From the NCBI GenBank assembly GCA_963755715.1, contig CAVWLW010000035.1, forward strand, positions 1 to 53,288: DNA of 53,288 bases, written 5' to 3'. Below the pieces are notes generated by a model. That model was not told where the DNA came from. It did no database searches and saw only the letters and a program-made list of their open reading frames with translations. Shown here piece after piece: positions 39,765 to 49,621 of the stretch. The translations under genes and the position numbers were made by a program. This DNA is from an uncultured delta proteobacterium (lineage in GTDB: Bacteria; Desulfobacterota; Binatia; UBA9968). Numbering within the stretch: the first letter of the stretch is position 1; every line of letters begins with the position of its first letter.

Positions 39765-40538
39765 TTACTTGCCTTTGAAATCCGGCTTGCGTTTTTCGAG
39801 AAAAGCTCTCATGCCTTCGCTGCGGTCCTCGGAAGCGAACAACAAATAGAAAGACTTGCGTTCGTAGTCCAGCCCTTCGTCGAGCGGCGCGTTGGCGGCT
39901 TTGAGCACGGCTTCCTTCGCCGCTTTGATCGCGAGGACGGGTTTGGCGGCAATCTTCCTGGCGATGTTTTTGGCTTCCTCGAGAAATAATTCAACGGGGA
40001 ATATGCGATTGACCAGACCCAACCGTTCCGCTTCCGTTGCGCTGATCGCGTCACCGGTCAGCACCAGTTCCATTGCCCGATGTTTGCCGAGCAAATGCGT
40101 CAATCGCTGCGTGCCGCCGCTGCCGGGGATGATGCCGAGGTTGACTTCCGGCTGACCGAAGCGCGCGGTCTCCGATGCAATGATGATGTCGCAGCTCATC
40201 GCCAATTCACAGCCGCCGCCGAGGGCGAAGCCGCTGACGGCGGCGATGACAGGTTTGGTGATTTTGTTAATTTTATCGCGATAGGTGAGCCGTTCCTGAA
40301 TTCTTTCGTCGAACGGTCCGCGATCCGCCATCTCTTTGATATCCGCTCCCGCGGCGAAAACTTTTTCGCCGCCGGTGACGATGATCACCCGAACTTCATC
40401 GTCCTGATCGAGCTCCTGCATTGCCAGAGACAAATCCTTGACCAGAGCGTAAGAAAGCGCGTTGAGTGCTTGCGGGCGATTGAGCGTGACGACAACGACG
40501 GCGCCGTCTTTTTCGACCAGTACGTTTTCAAAATTCAT
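39765..40538 (-). CDS. paaF: Enoyl-CoA hydratase (PaaF-like)
   Basis: FAAGADIKEM, ALGGGCELA, FGQPEVNLGIIPG. Confidence 0.82.
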   Translation of the reverse strand: MNFENVLVEKDGAVVVVTLNRPQALNALSYALVKDLSLAMQELDQDDEVRVIIVTGGEKVFAAGADIKEMADRGPFDERIQERLTYRDKINKITKPVIAAVSGFALGGGCELAMSCDIIIASETARFGQPEVNLGIIPGSGGTQRLTHLLGKHRAMELVLTGDAISATEAERLGLVNRIFPVELFLEEAKNIARKIAAKPVLAIKAAKEAVLKAANAPLDEGLDYERKSFYLLFASEDRSEGMRAFLEKRKPDFKGK

Positions 40539-40709
40539 GGGCTTTGAGCCTTAAGACATACACCATGGGTGGGGGCGATTCAAGAAACTGTACGCGGCGG
40601 TGAAGCGTTGGAAAAATCTCGTAAAAATGCAAACCGGCCGGAGCATCGATGAGCTGTGGCGCAAGCTCATTGACACCCCTGAACCGATTTGCAAGTATCG
40701 TTTTTACCC

Positions 40710-41393
40710 ATGTCAATTCGCCTTGAGCCCGCAACCCGACACTACGACGAAACCCTTCAGAAAATTCTCAAATGTTCCGCGAAGATTTTTGCTGAGAAGG
40801 GCTTTCACCACACGTCGGTGCGCGACATCTCGCGGGCGACCAAGATGAGTTTGTCCGGTCTGTACTACTACTTTACGACGAAAGAAGAGCTGCTCTATCT
40901 GATCCAGGAGCGATGCTTTTTAACCTTATTGCAGCGCTGGGAGCAGGTGACGGCCACAGACGTCGACGTGCGGGCGCGCATCCGCGCCTTCGCTGAAAAT
41001 CATCTCAGTTTCTTTTTGCACAACATGCCGGAAATGAAAGTGATGGCCCACGAGGATGAGTCACTCACCGGCGAATTCAACGAAAAAATCCTCGTGCTGA
41101 AGAGGCGTTACGTCAAGGTGATCATGGACCTTATGGGTGAATTGCAGGAACAAGAGGGAGCCAAAGGCATCGATTTACGCTTGGCAACGTTCACCCTGTT
41201 CGGCATGATGAACTGGATCTATACCTGGTACCAGCCCAAGCGCGACTTGGCGTTACCTCAGCTGGTCGAGCAGATGTTGCGAATCTACTTTTTCGGGCTG
41301 CTGAACTCGCCGGGCGCGCAGGAAGAATGGTTCAGCGCGAGCGCGGGGTCCAGTGAAAAGAACAGGTTTTCTCTTTGGCAGAATATTCCTTAA
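40710..41393 (+). CDS. TetR/AcrR family regulator (PaaR/KstR2-like)
   Basis: FAEKGFHHTSVRDI...GLYYYF..KEELL HTH and GMMNWIYTWY; divergent from the paa operon. Confidence 0.92.
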   Translation: MSIRLEPATRHYDETLQKILKCSAKIFAEKGFHHTSVRDISRATKMSLSGLYYYFTTKEELLYLIQERCFLTLLQRWEQVTATDVDVRARIRAFAENHLSFFLHNMPEMKVMAHEDESLTGEFNEKILVLKRRYVKVIMDLMGELQEQEGAKGIDLRLATFTLFGMMNWIYTWYQPKRDLALPQLVEQMLRIYFFGLLNSPGAQEEWFSASAGSSEKNRFSLWQNIP

Positions 41394-41422
41394 GCTTTAA
41401 ATGCCGGAAGTGAGGCGCAAAT

Positions 41423-41956
41423 ATGGGCTTGTTACGAATCGGCGACAACGCGCCCGAGTTTAACGTTGACGGTTTTTTTCAGGGCAAAGTCACGAAGTAT
41501 TCGCTTGCCGGCTGCAAAGGAAAATGGTTGGTGCTGTTTTTCTATCCCGCCGACTTCACCTTCATCTGTCCGACCGAAGTGACCGGCTTCAGCAAGATGG
41601 CCAAGGCGTTCGCCGCGGAAAACGCGATCGATTCTCGGCGCCAGCGTGGACTCCATCGACAGCCATCGCTCGTGGGCGGAAGAGCTGGGCGGATTGGAAT
41701 ATCCCTTGCTCAGCGACGAAAGCAAAACCTTGAGTCGCGACTATGGCGTGCTCGACGAAAAAGAAGGCGTCGCATTGCGCGCGACTTTTATCATCAATCC
41801 GGCCGGCATTATTTACTATCAAGTCGTGAGCCACGTCAACGTCGGGCGCAGCGTGGAAGAAACACTGCGCGTGCTCAAGGCGCTGCGCACGGAGCGCTTT
41901 GTCCGTCCGATTGGCAGCCGGGCGAGCCGACCGGGGATTTGGGGCTGAAATATTGA
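41423..41956 (+). CDS. ahpC: 2-Cys peroxiredoxin (two compensating frameshifts near 41630 and 41893)
   Basis: FFYPADFTFICPTE, GRSVEETLR and LCPSDW; the middle segment is in ORF 41646-41948. Confidence 0.9.
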   Translation: MGLLRIGDNAPEFNVDGFFQGKVTKYSLAGCKGKWLVLFFYPADFTFICPTEVTGFSKMAKAFAAENAIDSRRQRGLHRQPSLVGGRAGRIGISLAQRRKQNLESRLWRARRKRRRRIARDFYHQSGRHYLLSSREPRQRRAQRGRNTARAQGAAHGALCPSDWQPGEPTGDLGLKY

Positions 41957-41960
41957 AAAT

Positions 41961-42073
41961 AATGGATAATGGAAAATTGATAATGGATAATGAGAATCAC
42001 CGTACAATGTAGCGACGAATCTCGCAACTGCGTTTCCGATCATTTTCAATTCTCCATTATCCATTTTCCATTC
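41961..42073. repeat. Intergenic heptamer palindrome
   Basis: AATGGAT/AATGGAA/AATTGAT units mirrored by TCCATTA/TCCATTT units. Confidence 0.75.
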
Positions 42074-42079
42074 TTTCCC

Positions 42080-42809
42080 ATGTCCCTCGACGACGATCCA
42101 ACAAAAAAAGCAGGTGATCGAAAGCCGCTCGCGCATTCGCGAGTTTGTCTTCGGCATTCAAGACGGTTTGATCAGCACGGTCGGTTTGCTCGCCGGCGTC
42201 CAGGGCGCGACCGAAAACAACATCGTGGTCATCGTCACCGGATTCACCGCGATGTTTTCCGGGGCGATTTCCATGGCGGCGGGATCGTATCTGTCATCGC
42301 TCGCGCAGAAAGATATTTTCGACAAAGAAATCGCCGATGCCGAAAGGCTCGCCGATCGCGAACCCTATGTCGCGGCGGAAGGCTTGCTCAACGCTCTCGA
42401 ACAAGAGGGACTGAGCAAGGAGCACAGCTACCGACTGGTTAAGGTATTGCTTCAAGAGCGAAACGTTTTTCTGCGCACCTTTCAGGAAAAGGTCTTTGGG
42501 TTGGGCAGCGCTGAAGTCAATCAGCCGATCGCGGCGGCTCTCGTGATGGGGTTCTCGTTCGTGGTCGGCGCATTTGTGCCGATCTCGCCTTATATTTTTT
42601 TGAGCGGCGCGCCGGCGCTCTATCTTTCTGGTTTGTTGAGCGGCATTACGCTCTTCGGCGTCGGCGCGTTCAAAGGATATCTGGCCGGCCAATCGCTTCT
42701 AGTTTCGGGTTTGAAATTCTTCGTGATCGCCGTCAGCGCCGCCGGCGTGGGTTACTTGATCGGCCTCGTCGTCCAGTATTTTTTCCCGGGGATATCGATT
42801 CCGGCATAG
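42080..42809 (+). CDS. VIT1/CCC1 family Fe/Mn transporter
   Basis: REFVFGIQDGL and GAISMAAGSYLS. ATG 42080 needs a frameshift in the A7 run; in-frame GTG at 42114. Confidence 0.9.
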
Positions 42810-42841
42810 CATTCGATCACCCTCACCCTAAATGAGGTTGA

Positions 42842-43718
42842 TCAGGCTTTGATCAAGCTCCGTAGGAGCGTCAAGTTCTCTCTGTCTTCTTTCAGGTCCG
42901 GTCCCTTCGGCGTTTCCAAGCACATGGGCAGGCCCCAGAAGCGCTTGTCGTTCATCAACCGACGGAACGCATCGACGCCGATAAACCCTTTGCCGATGTG
43001 CTCGTGGCGATCGACCCGTGAATTGAACTCCTTTTTTGAGTCGTTCAGATGAAACGCCGCGAGCTGTTCGATGCCGATCGTTTCGTCGAATTCGCCGAAG
43101 GTGCGCTCGTAACCTTCATCGGTTCTCAAATCATAGCCGGCGGCAAAGGCGTGTTCGGTGTCGAAACAGACGCGCAATCGGTCGCTCTCATGCGTGGCGT
43201 CGATGATGTCGGCGATCTGCTGGAAACGGTAACCGAGATTGGAGCCTTGGCCGGCGGTGATTTCCAAGGTGACCTGAGTGCGATAACCCGGGCAGGCTTT
43301 GTGCACGTCGTCCAATGACCGGGCGATGGTCTTGATGCCTTCGACTTCACCGGCACCGACATGGGCGCCGGGATGAGCGACGAGATGGGTCACGCCCAAA
43401 ACTTCGCAGCGCTCCAGCTCATCGATGAAAGCTTCGATCGAGCGCAGGCGCAGCGCTGCATCCGGCGAGCCCAAGTTCAACAAGTAGGAATCGTGCGCGA
43501 TGACTTTCGTTATGCCGGTGTCTTCCCGGTTGGCGTGAAATTGCTCGATCTCTTCTTTGCTATAAGGTTTGCCGGCCCACTGGCGCGAGGATTTGGTAAA
43601 AATTTGAATCGCGTCGCATTCGACCTTTTTGCCGTGGAGAAAGGCGTTGCCGACGCCGCCGGCGATGGACATGTGGGCGCCCAACAAAGGGCCGCGTGGT
43701 TTTGTTTTAGTGCTTCAT
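42842..43718 (-). CDS. nfo: Endonuclease IV
   Basis: LGAHMSIAGG, HDSYLLNL, HPG, DTEH, HLNDS, DRHEHIG, ETP. ATG 43718 needs a 1-nt correction; in-frame TTG at 43687. Confidence 0.95.
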
Positions 43719-43798
43719 AATGTCTTGAAACGGCTTTAACGATTTGAACTCTTTGAACGAATCAACGCGCGCCAGCCCGTTCCGGTCGCTCAAAACGT

Positions 43799-45426
43799 TC
43801 AGTCGTTTTCGGTCATCGGATGAAAGTGTCTCTGTTCTACCAGTGGCAACGAGATGCTGCCGGCGCTGAGCAGCTTGTCGTGGAATTGGCGCAGGCTGAA
43901 TTTGTCGCCGAGGCGTTTCTGCTCCTGTTCGCGCAGACGATTGATGATCGTCCAGCCGAGCGCGTAGCCCATCGGCACCGACGGCGACTGGCTATACCAG
44001 TTTAGATCGGCGCAAGCTTGGGCGCGCGGAAAGCGCAGCTCGCGCACCATCAAGTCGGCGGCTTCGTCGTAAGTCATGCGTCCCGTTTGCGTCTTCACAT
44101 CGATGATAATTCTGAGCGCGCGCCAGAGCCGGTCCTTGAGCATGACGAAACGATGCTCTTGGCTTTGCAAAAATCCCTGCTCTTGCATGAGCTGCTCGCA
44201 GTAAAGCGCCCAGCCTTCGTAGAAAACCGAGGATTCATTCATCTAGCCGCGGCAGAGTCGAAGCTGCCGGGATCGAATTGGCCACCGAAAACTGCAAGTG
44301 GTGTCCGGGATAACTTTCATGCACCGACGTGTTTTCCAGGCCGACCCAGTTGTGTTCGCGCAGCAAATCGTCGTCGTTGACTGGCGTCACGTAATAGTAG
44401 CCGACTTGATCCGGGTCTTTGGGCGAGGGCGAGAGGTAGGCGGCGAACGGAATCTCGTGGCGGCGAAACTCCGGCGTGGGCACGACGTGGAGCTCTTCCT
44501 TAGGCGGGAAGGAGACGAGGTCTTTTTCTCGGACGAAATGGCGCGCCGCTTCCATCGCTCGTTGATAAGCCGGAAGAACCGCGTCGATCGGCGGATGGTT
44601 CTCTTGGATCGCGCGCGCCATTTCCTCGATATCCTTTCCCGGCGCGAGTTCGCCGCTGAGCTCGGCCAATTCCCGTCTGAGTTTTTGCGAACAGCGCTTC
44701 ACCCAAGGCCAGCAGGCTCTCGGCGTCGTGCTCTAGGAAGTGTTTTTTTCTGAGGAGAAGATTGTAATGCTCCGCGCCCACGGCGTAGACGCCGCGGCTG
44801 CGCGCCAGCAAATCCTTTTCCAAAAACTGCGCATACTCGGTGACCGCCTGCTGCGCTTTTTGGAGAGACGCTTTGAGAGCGCCGGCGTCGATGCCGGCGC
44901 TTTTAATTTTGGGATGGTTCGGCAAATTTTCCAGAAAATTTACCGCTCCCTTGGCGCCTTCGATCGCCATCTCCGTCCACAGGCGCGGCGGGTTGGCTTG
45001 GTCGCTGCTCAGGTTGGCGATGCCTTGCCGAATTAGCTCCGGTGTGCGACCGAGACGGCTCAGGAGATTGCCGGCGAGGTCGTTGGTCGCCCGAACGGTG
45101 AGGATATAAATTGCCTCGATCGGCGAGTAGGTATCCGGCCACTTCAGCCGGTAGTCTTCTTTGGCATGCTCGTAGCTTTGGATCGTCAATTTTCCTTCGA
45201 GCAAGGCGTGATCGATCGCTTCGTCCGGATTGAGGTTGCCGGTGGGGATTTGTCGGAGCGCCGCCAGGGATTCTTCGACGAAAGACTTTTCAGCTTCGTA
45301 GGTCGCGTCGGAATAATCGTTGAGCAGATGATCGTAGCCATCGATGCCGTAATAGATGGCGTCGGTGGGATGAAGCTCAAAATATTTCCTAAAATAGCCG
45401 GAACAAAATTCGGCAAACTTGGACAT
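43799..45426 (-). CDS. DUF885 family protein (frameshifts near 44685 and 44244)
   Basis: HESYPGHHLQ, EGWALYCE, RLWRALRIIID, FSLRQFHDKLL spread over three ORFs. Confidence 0.9.
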
Positions 45427-45516
45427 GAAGGTCCAATATCATCTTATGCGCGATGCTGCAATTTTTCGGAGCGGGGTATGCCGGCGCCTTGATGTTACAT
45501 GCAGAATGCACCGGCT

Positions 45517-46065
45517 CTAGACCGGGCTTTCGCTCGCGAACGGAAAAAAGGCCAACACTCGCCGTCCCGATTTTGGCTTCTGATCGCTGACGGGTGGCGC
45601 CAATAGCACCGGAAAAGGGAGCTTATCGATCATCTTTAGTAATTTGCGATTGGCCAGATTGGAAAAAAGAAAGCGGTTGTGAAGTTCCAGGACGATGAGG
45701 TCGATGGCTTCCTCTCGGGCCACGGCAATAATTTCTTTGCGCAGGGTGCCGAGGCGCACAATTTTCCTGAGCTTTATGGTTGCCGGGTCCGGCACAATTC
45801 GATTGATGAAGTTCCACAAGTCGAGCGTGCGTTCTCTGAGTAAAATATCGATCGGACGGGCCGGCGGCTCTGCGCCAAAGAACGGCCAACCTTCCGGTGG
45901 CATTATTAAAGGAAGAAGCCCGTCGTGCTCGTTCAGCTCGTCGATGACGTGCAGCGCGATCAGTTCGCCTTTGATTTGCTCCGCTAAAGAAGATGCATAG
46001 CGCAGCGCTTTCTCCGACTCTAACGAAAAATCGATCGGAACTAAAAGTTTTTTTAAGTTAGGCAT
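45517..46065 (-). CDS. Universal stress protein
   Basis: KKLLVPIDFS, ALHVI, IDLIVL, PFPVL. Confidence 0.9.
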   Translation of the reverse strand: MPNLKKLLVPIDFSLESEKALRYASSLAEQIKGELIALHVIDELNEHDGLLPLIMPPEGWPFFGAEPPARPIDILLRERTLDLWNFINRIVPDPATIKLRKIVRLGTLRKEIIAVAREEAIDLIVLELHNRFLFSNLANRKLLKMIDKLPFPVLLAPPVSDQKPKSGRRVLAFFPFASESPV

Positions 46066-46160
46066 AATTCCTCAGAATCGTCTTAACGAAGTCCAACCTG
46101 GCGGCGCGATGGATCATAGCCTGTTTCTGATGAAGGACTCGGCCACGTTTTAAATTGAGC

Positions 46161-46175
46161 GCAATTGTTATGCCA
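46161..46175 (-). promoter_or_regulatory. Sigma54 -24/-12 promoter upstream of the USP gene
   Basis: TGGCAT-AACAA-TTGC with correct GG-N10-GC spacing, about 95 bp before the ATG. Confidence 0.65.
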
Positions 46176-46524
46176 CGAAGGTTGGTGGAAACTTGCGACA
46201 AATCGCGGTCGAACCCTCGTTTTCTCAGAGACGTGCCTGCTTCTCAGACAGGCAGTGCTTAAAGAGTAAACACTCGCGAGGGACGATTAATCAGGCGAGT
46301 AACGACAGTGTCGGAATGCGGAATGTAGCGGGCAAGTATTCGCCAAATAGCACAAGGAAAAGCAACCCGGCTCGATCCCTATAAACGATCAGATAGAACC
46401 AGCGCGGATAGTCAGCTGAGTTTTGGACATGCGCTCGCGAGCGCAGCAGCCGGGAAATTGCGCTGGCGAACGATCGCGAATTTCTCTAGTTGTTGAGCTG
46501 TGCGAATACCTCTTCGAAAGGCTG

Positions 46525-47388
46525 CTAATTCCGGCCGGCGAGCTTGCGCCCCTGATCCAGGACGCCGAAGGAGCGCGGCGCGGACGGCATGAGAAATCGA
46601 TAGCCGTTCGCGACCAGGCGCTCGATGTTGTGCGCGTCGGGATGCGGATGGCCGCACGGCACGTTGTGCTCTTTGCAGATCGCCAGAATGCGGTTGATCT
46701 CCTTGGCTACGACCGGGTGTTCGTAGTCGCGCGGGTAGCCTAATTCCTGGCTCAAATCGCCTTCGCCGATCAAGACGACGCCGATGCCGGGAACCTCTTT
46801 GAGAATCTTCGGCAGGTTCTCGATGGCGCGAGTCTCTTCGCATTGGATGACAACGAGAATTTCTCCGTCCGGCGCCAGCGGCCAGACGTCGGCGCGTTTG
46901 TAATATTCCTGCTGCGTAAGACCCCAATAACGCGCTGCGCGCGCCGGAGCATCGCCGCGAATACCCGGCGGATTATAATTCGACGCGGTAGACAAGCGCG
47001 GATAGCGGCAGGCGCCGACGGCGTTCCACGCTTCTTCCACCGAGCTCACATGGGGGAAAATGATGCCGAACACGCCGATATCCAGAACCTGCTTGGCGAT
47101 CCAACTGTTCATCTCGACGCCGTTGGGCGGCACGCGCACCATGGGCGTGACCGCAGGCGCCAGCGTGGCGCGGTCGACAATCTGGCGCCGGTCGAGCATG
47201 AACTGCAGCGCTTGGCGCAGCCCGGGAAAGTCGAGAGGTGCGTGTTCCATTTCGAAGGCGACGCCGTCGAGCTTGGAACTTGCCATCGCAACCGCGCTTT
47301 CGATATCTACTGGCGTGAACGCGACGAAGGCGGTTTGGCCTTGTTCCAGGGCTTTGATTACGCCGTTGAGGCGGGTTATGTCTGGCAT
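46525..47388 (-). CDS. HpcH/HpaI aldolase family protein
   Basis: EMEH, PMVRVP, KQVLDIG, QCEE..AIENL, IGEGDLSQELG. Confidence 0.9.
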   Translation of the reverse strand: MPDITRLNGVIKALEQGQTAFVAFTPVDIESAVAMASSKLDGVAFEMEHAPLDFPGLRQALQFMLDRRQIVDRATLAPAVTPMVRVPPNGVEMNSWIAKQVLDIGVFGIIFPHVSSVEEAWNAVGACRYPRLSTASNYNPPGIRGDAPARAARYWGLTQQEYYKRADVWPLAPDGEILVVIQCEETRAIENLPKILKEVPGIGVVLIGEGDLSQELGYPRDYEHPVVAKEINRILAICKEHNVPCGHPHPDAHNIERLVANGYRFLMPSAPRSFGVLDQGRKLAGRN

Positions 47389-47499
47389 AAGACGGTGCTC
47401 CTTCGCTATTCGTTGGTAAAAATTTTATATCAGAGGGTCCCGGGACTGACAACGGAATAGCACTGCCTTGAAATTGACTTTAACGAGGAGGGCAAACAG

Positions 47500-48505
47500 A
47501 TGATCATCGACTCTCACACTCATTTCACCACCGCGCCGGCACAGCTTCAGGCCTACCGCGGGCAGCAAATCACCAACCTCGCTAAGCCGGTACGCGCTAA
47601 GCTTACGATCAGCGACGAGGAGGTCGCGCGCTCGATGGAGGGCCAGCTCAAACGCATGCAGGATTGCGGCATCGACCGGCTGATGTTTTCGCCGCAAGCG
47701 GGCGCGATGGGACATCACTTCGGTTCGCCGCTAGTAAGCCGCTACTGGACCGAGGCGTGCAACGATTTGATCGCGCGGGTCGCCAAGCTTTTTCCGGATA
47801 AGATCTCGCCGGTTTGCCAGTTGCCGCAGTCTCCGGGCGTCGGGCCGACACGAATGGGCCGATGAACTCGATCGCTGCGTAAACGACTTGGGCTTCGTCG
47901 GCTGCAACGTCAATCCCGACATGGCGGGAGGGCGCGAGCCGTTGACGCCGTCGATGGGCAGCGAATGGTGGTATCCGCTGTGGGAGAAGATGGTCAAGCT
48001 CGATGTGCCGTGCACGGTGCACGCGAGCGCGTCGCTCAATCCGGCGATGCATCTGACCAATGCCTATTACATCGCGCACCATAACTCCGCCGCCGTGGAG
48101 ATTCTCAAGTCGCGCGTGTTCAAAGATTTTCCAAAATTAAAAATCATTATACCGCACGGCGGCGGCGCGATTCCCTTTCAATGGAACCGCCAGCGCGGCA
48201 TGCATGTGAAAGAAGGGCTCGAACCGTTCGAAGAGGCGGCGCGCCGCGTCTACTGGGACATGGCGATTTACGACAAGGAGTCCATGGAGCTTCTGATCAA
48301 GCGCGTCGGCGCCGACCGTGTGCTCTTTGCCACGGAGATGTTCGGCGCAGTCAACGCCATCGATCCCAAGACCGGAAGAAACTTCGAAGACCTTGTGCCG
48401 ATCTTCAAGTCTATCGACTGGCTGACTGAGGAAGAGCGACACAAGATTACCGAAGGCAATGCCAAAAAAGTTTTCTCGCGGATGTCGGCGTCGGCGAAAG
48501 TGTAA
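47500..48505 (+). CDS. ligJ: 4-oxalomesaconate hydratase-like amidohydrolase (frameshift near 47850)
   Basis: MIIDSHTHFTTAP, MGHH, CNDLI, VCQLPQSPGV, GFVGCNVNPD, PHGGGA, FATEM. Confidence 0.8.
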
Positions 48506-48693
48506 ACAGCCGCGAATCGCGCTGCTTGAAAGTGTCCGCCCATAGTGCTGGCGGCGAAACGCGGAAGAAAGTGAGGAACAGATGGAAACGAGATTGAAGG
48601 CAGCGCGCAGACGACGGGCATCAGAGAAAACAATAAACCGGATGGGTCTTCGCTAACCTGAGGTCTGCTTAGCGGAATAGCTCAGAGCGTTTT

Positions 48694-49479
48694 CTAGCGC
48701 AGAGTAGTTGCCGGACGATCCGCAACAACATTGGTTACCGCCGGCGATTTTTCCAATATTTTTAGAGCATCGACGCCGACGCGCAAGGCGATGCCGGGAA
48801 TGCTGCGATAGAGGCGCATAACCTTGAAGCGCGTACCGGCCAACTCCGCCAGAATATAACCTTGAGCGTCATGGATCGCGGTTCGCTGCAAAGCCAAAAG
48901 CACTTCGCTCAATTGATCTTCGCGTTGCCACGGTGTTCGCAACCCGGCGAGCACGAGAACGGTGCCGTCGCTGGCCGCGCGCTTGAACAGCGTGGATGGT
49001 ACTTTTTCCGCTGCGGCGGATTCCGCATTCACCGCGGGCGATTCGTCCCGCGCAAGATGAACAGGGCTTGCATCGGCGGAGCTACCCGTCGGGCGATCGA
49101 GCAAGACATTCGTGACGATCGGTAATCTTGCCAGCTCCGCCAAAGCGTCGGCGCCGACTTCCAAAGCGATACCGGGGACCTCCTGATAGCGGCGCACGAC
49201 TTTATAGTTTCTGCCCTGTAACGTGTTCAGCAGATCGCTTTGAATCGATGCAATCGCGGCGCGCTGCGTGAGTAACTCGTCTATGTCGAGTTTGGATTCC
49301 ATTTGCCAAGGGACCTTTAGGCCTACCAGCACCAACACGCTGCCGTGAGCGGCGGCAGAGTCGATGACTTCACGAGGGACCTTGAACTGAGCTTGCGCCG
49401 GCGTGGCGGAGGTGGCGAAGAGTAGGAGAGCAAAACAACTTTTCCCGAACAACCTCTGGCTCCGAACAGATATCTTCAT
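48694..49479 (-). CDS. Secreted protein with two tandem subtilase-propeptide (I9-like) domains
   Basis: Signal peptide; duplicated G.VLVL.GL..PWQ.E..L...QR.AI...Q...KV.R.Y...PGIAL.VG.DAL..L...P.VTNV..DRP. Confidence 0.75.
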   Translation of the reverse strand: MKISVRSQRLFGKSCFALLLFATSATPAQAQFKVPREVIDSAAAHGSVLVLVGLKVPWQMESKLDIDELLTQRAAIASIQSDLLNTLQGRNYKVVRRYQEVPGIALEVGADALAELARLPIVTNVLLDRPTGSSADASPVHLARDESPAVNAESAAAEKVPSTLFKRAASDGTVLVLAGLRTPWQREDQLSEVLLALQRTAIHDAQGYILAELAGTRFKVMRLYRSIPGIALRVGVDALKILEKSPAVTNVVADRPATTLR

Positions 49480-49621
49480 AATCACTCTCGATCGGATAGA
49501 CGGTCTGTCGATTTAACGGGGAGAAGTCCAAGCAGCGCTTACCCGGGAGAGATTGTATACCCCGGCGGCGCGGAATGTCTAGACTTCTTTGCTCGGCCGC
49601 TAGAGGGAAGCTTTCGCGGCG

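Noticed and set aside
41955-42075. Short repeats as a possible CRISPR array
   Set aside because: Heptamer tandem and inverted units without unique spacers; no cas genes in the window.
43799-45426. Programmed frameshifting in DUF885 and other split genes
   Set aside because: No shared slippery motif, and breaks occur in unrelated conserved genes, which fits sequencing error.
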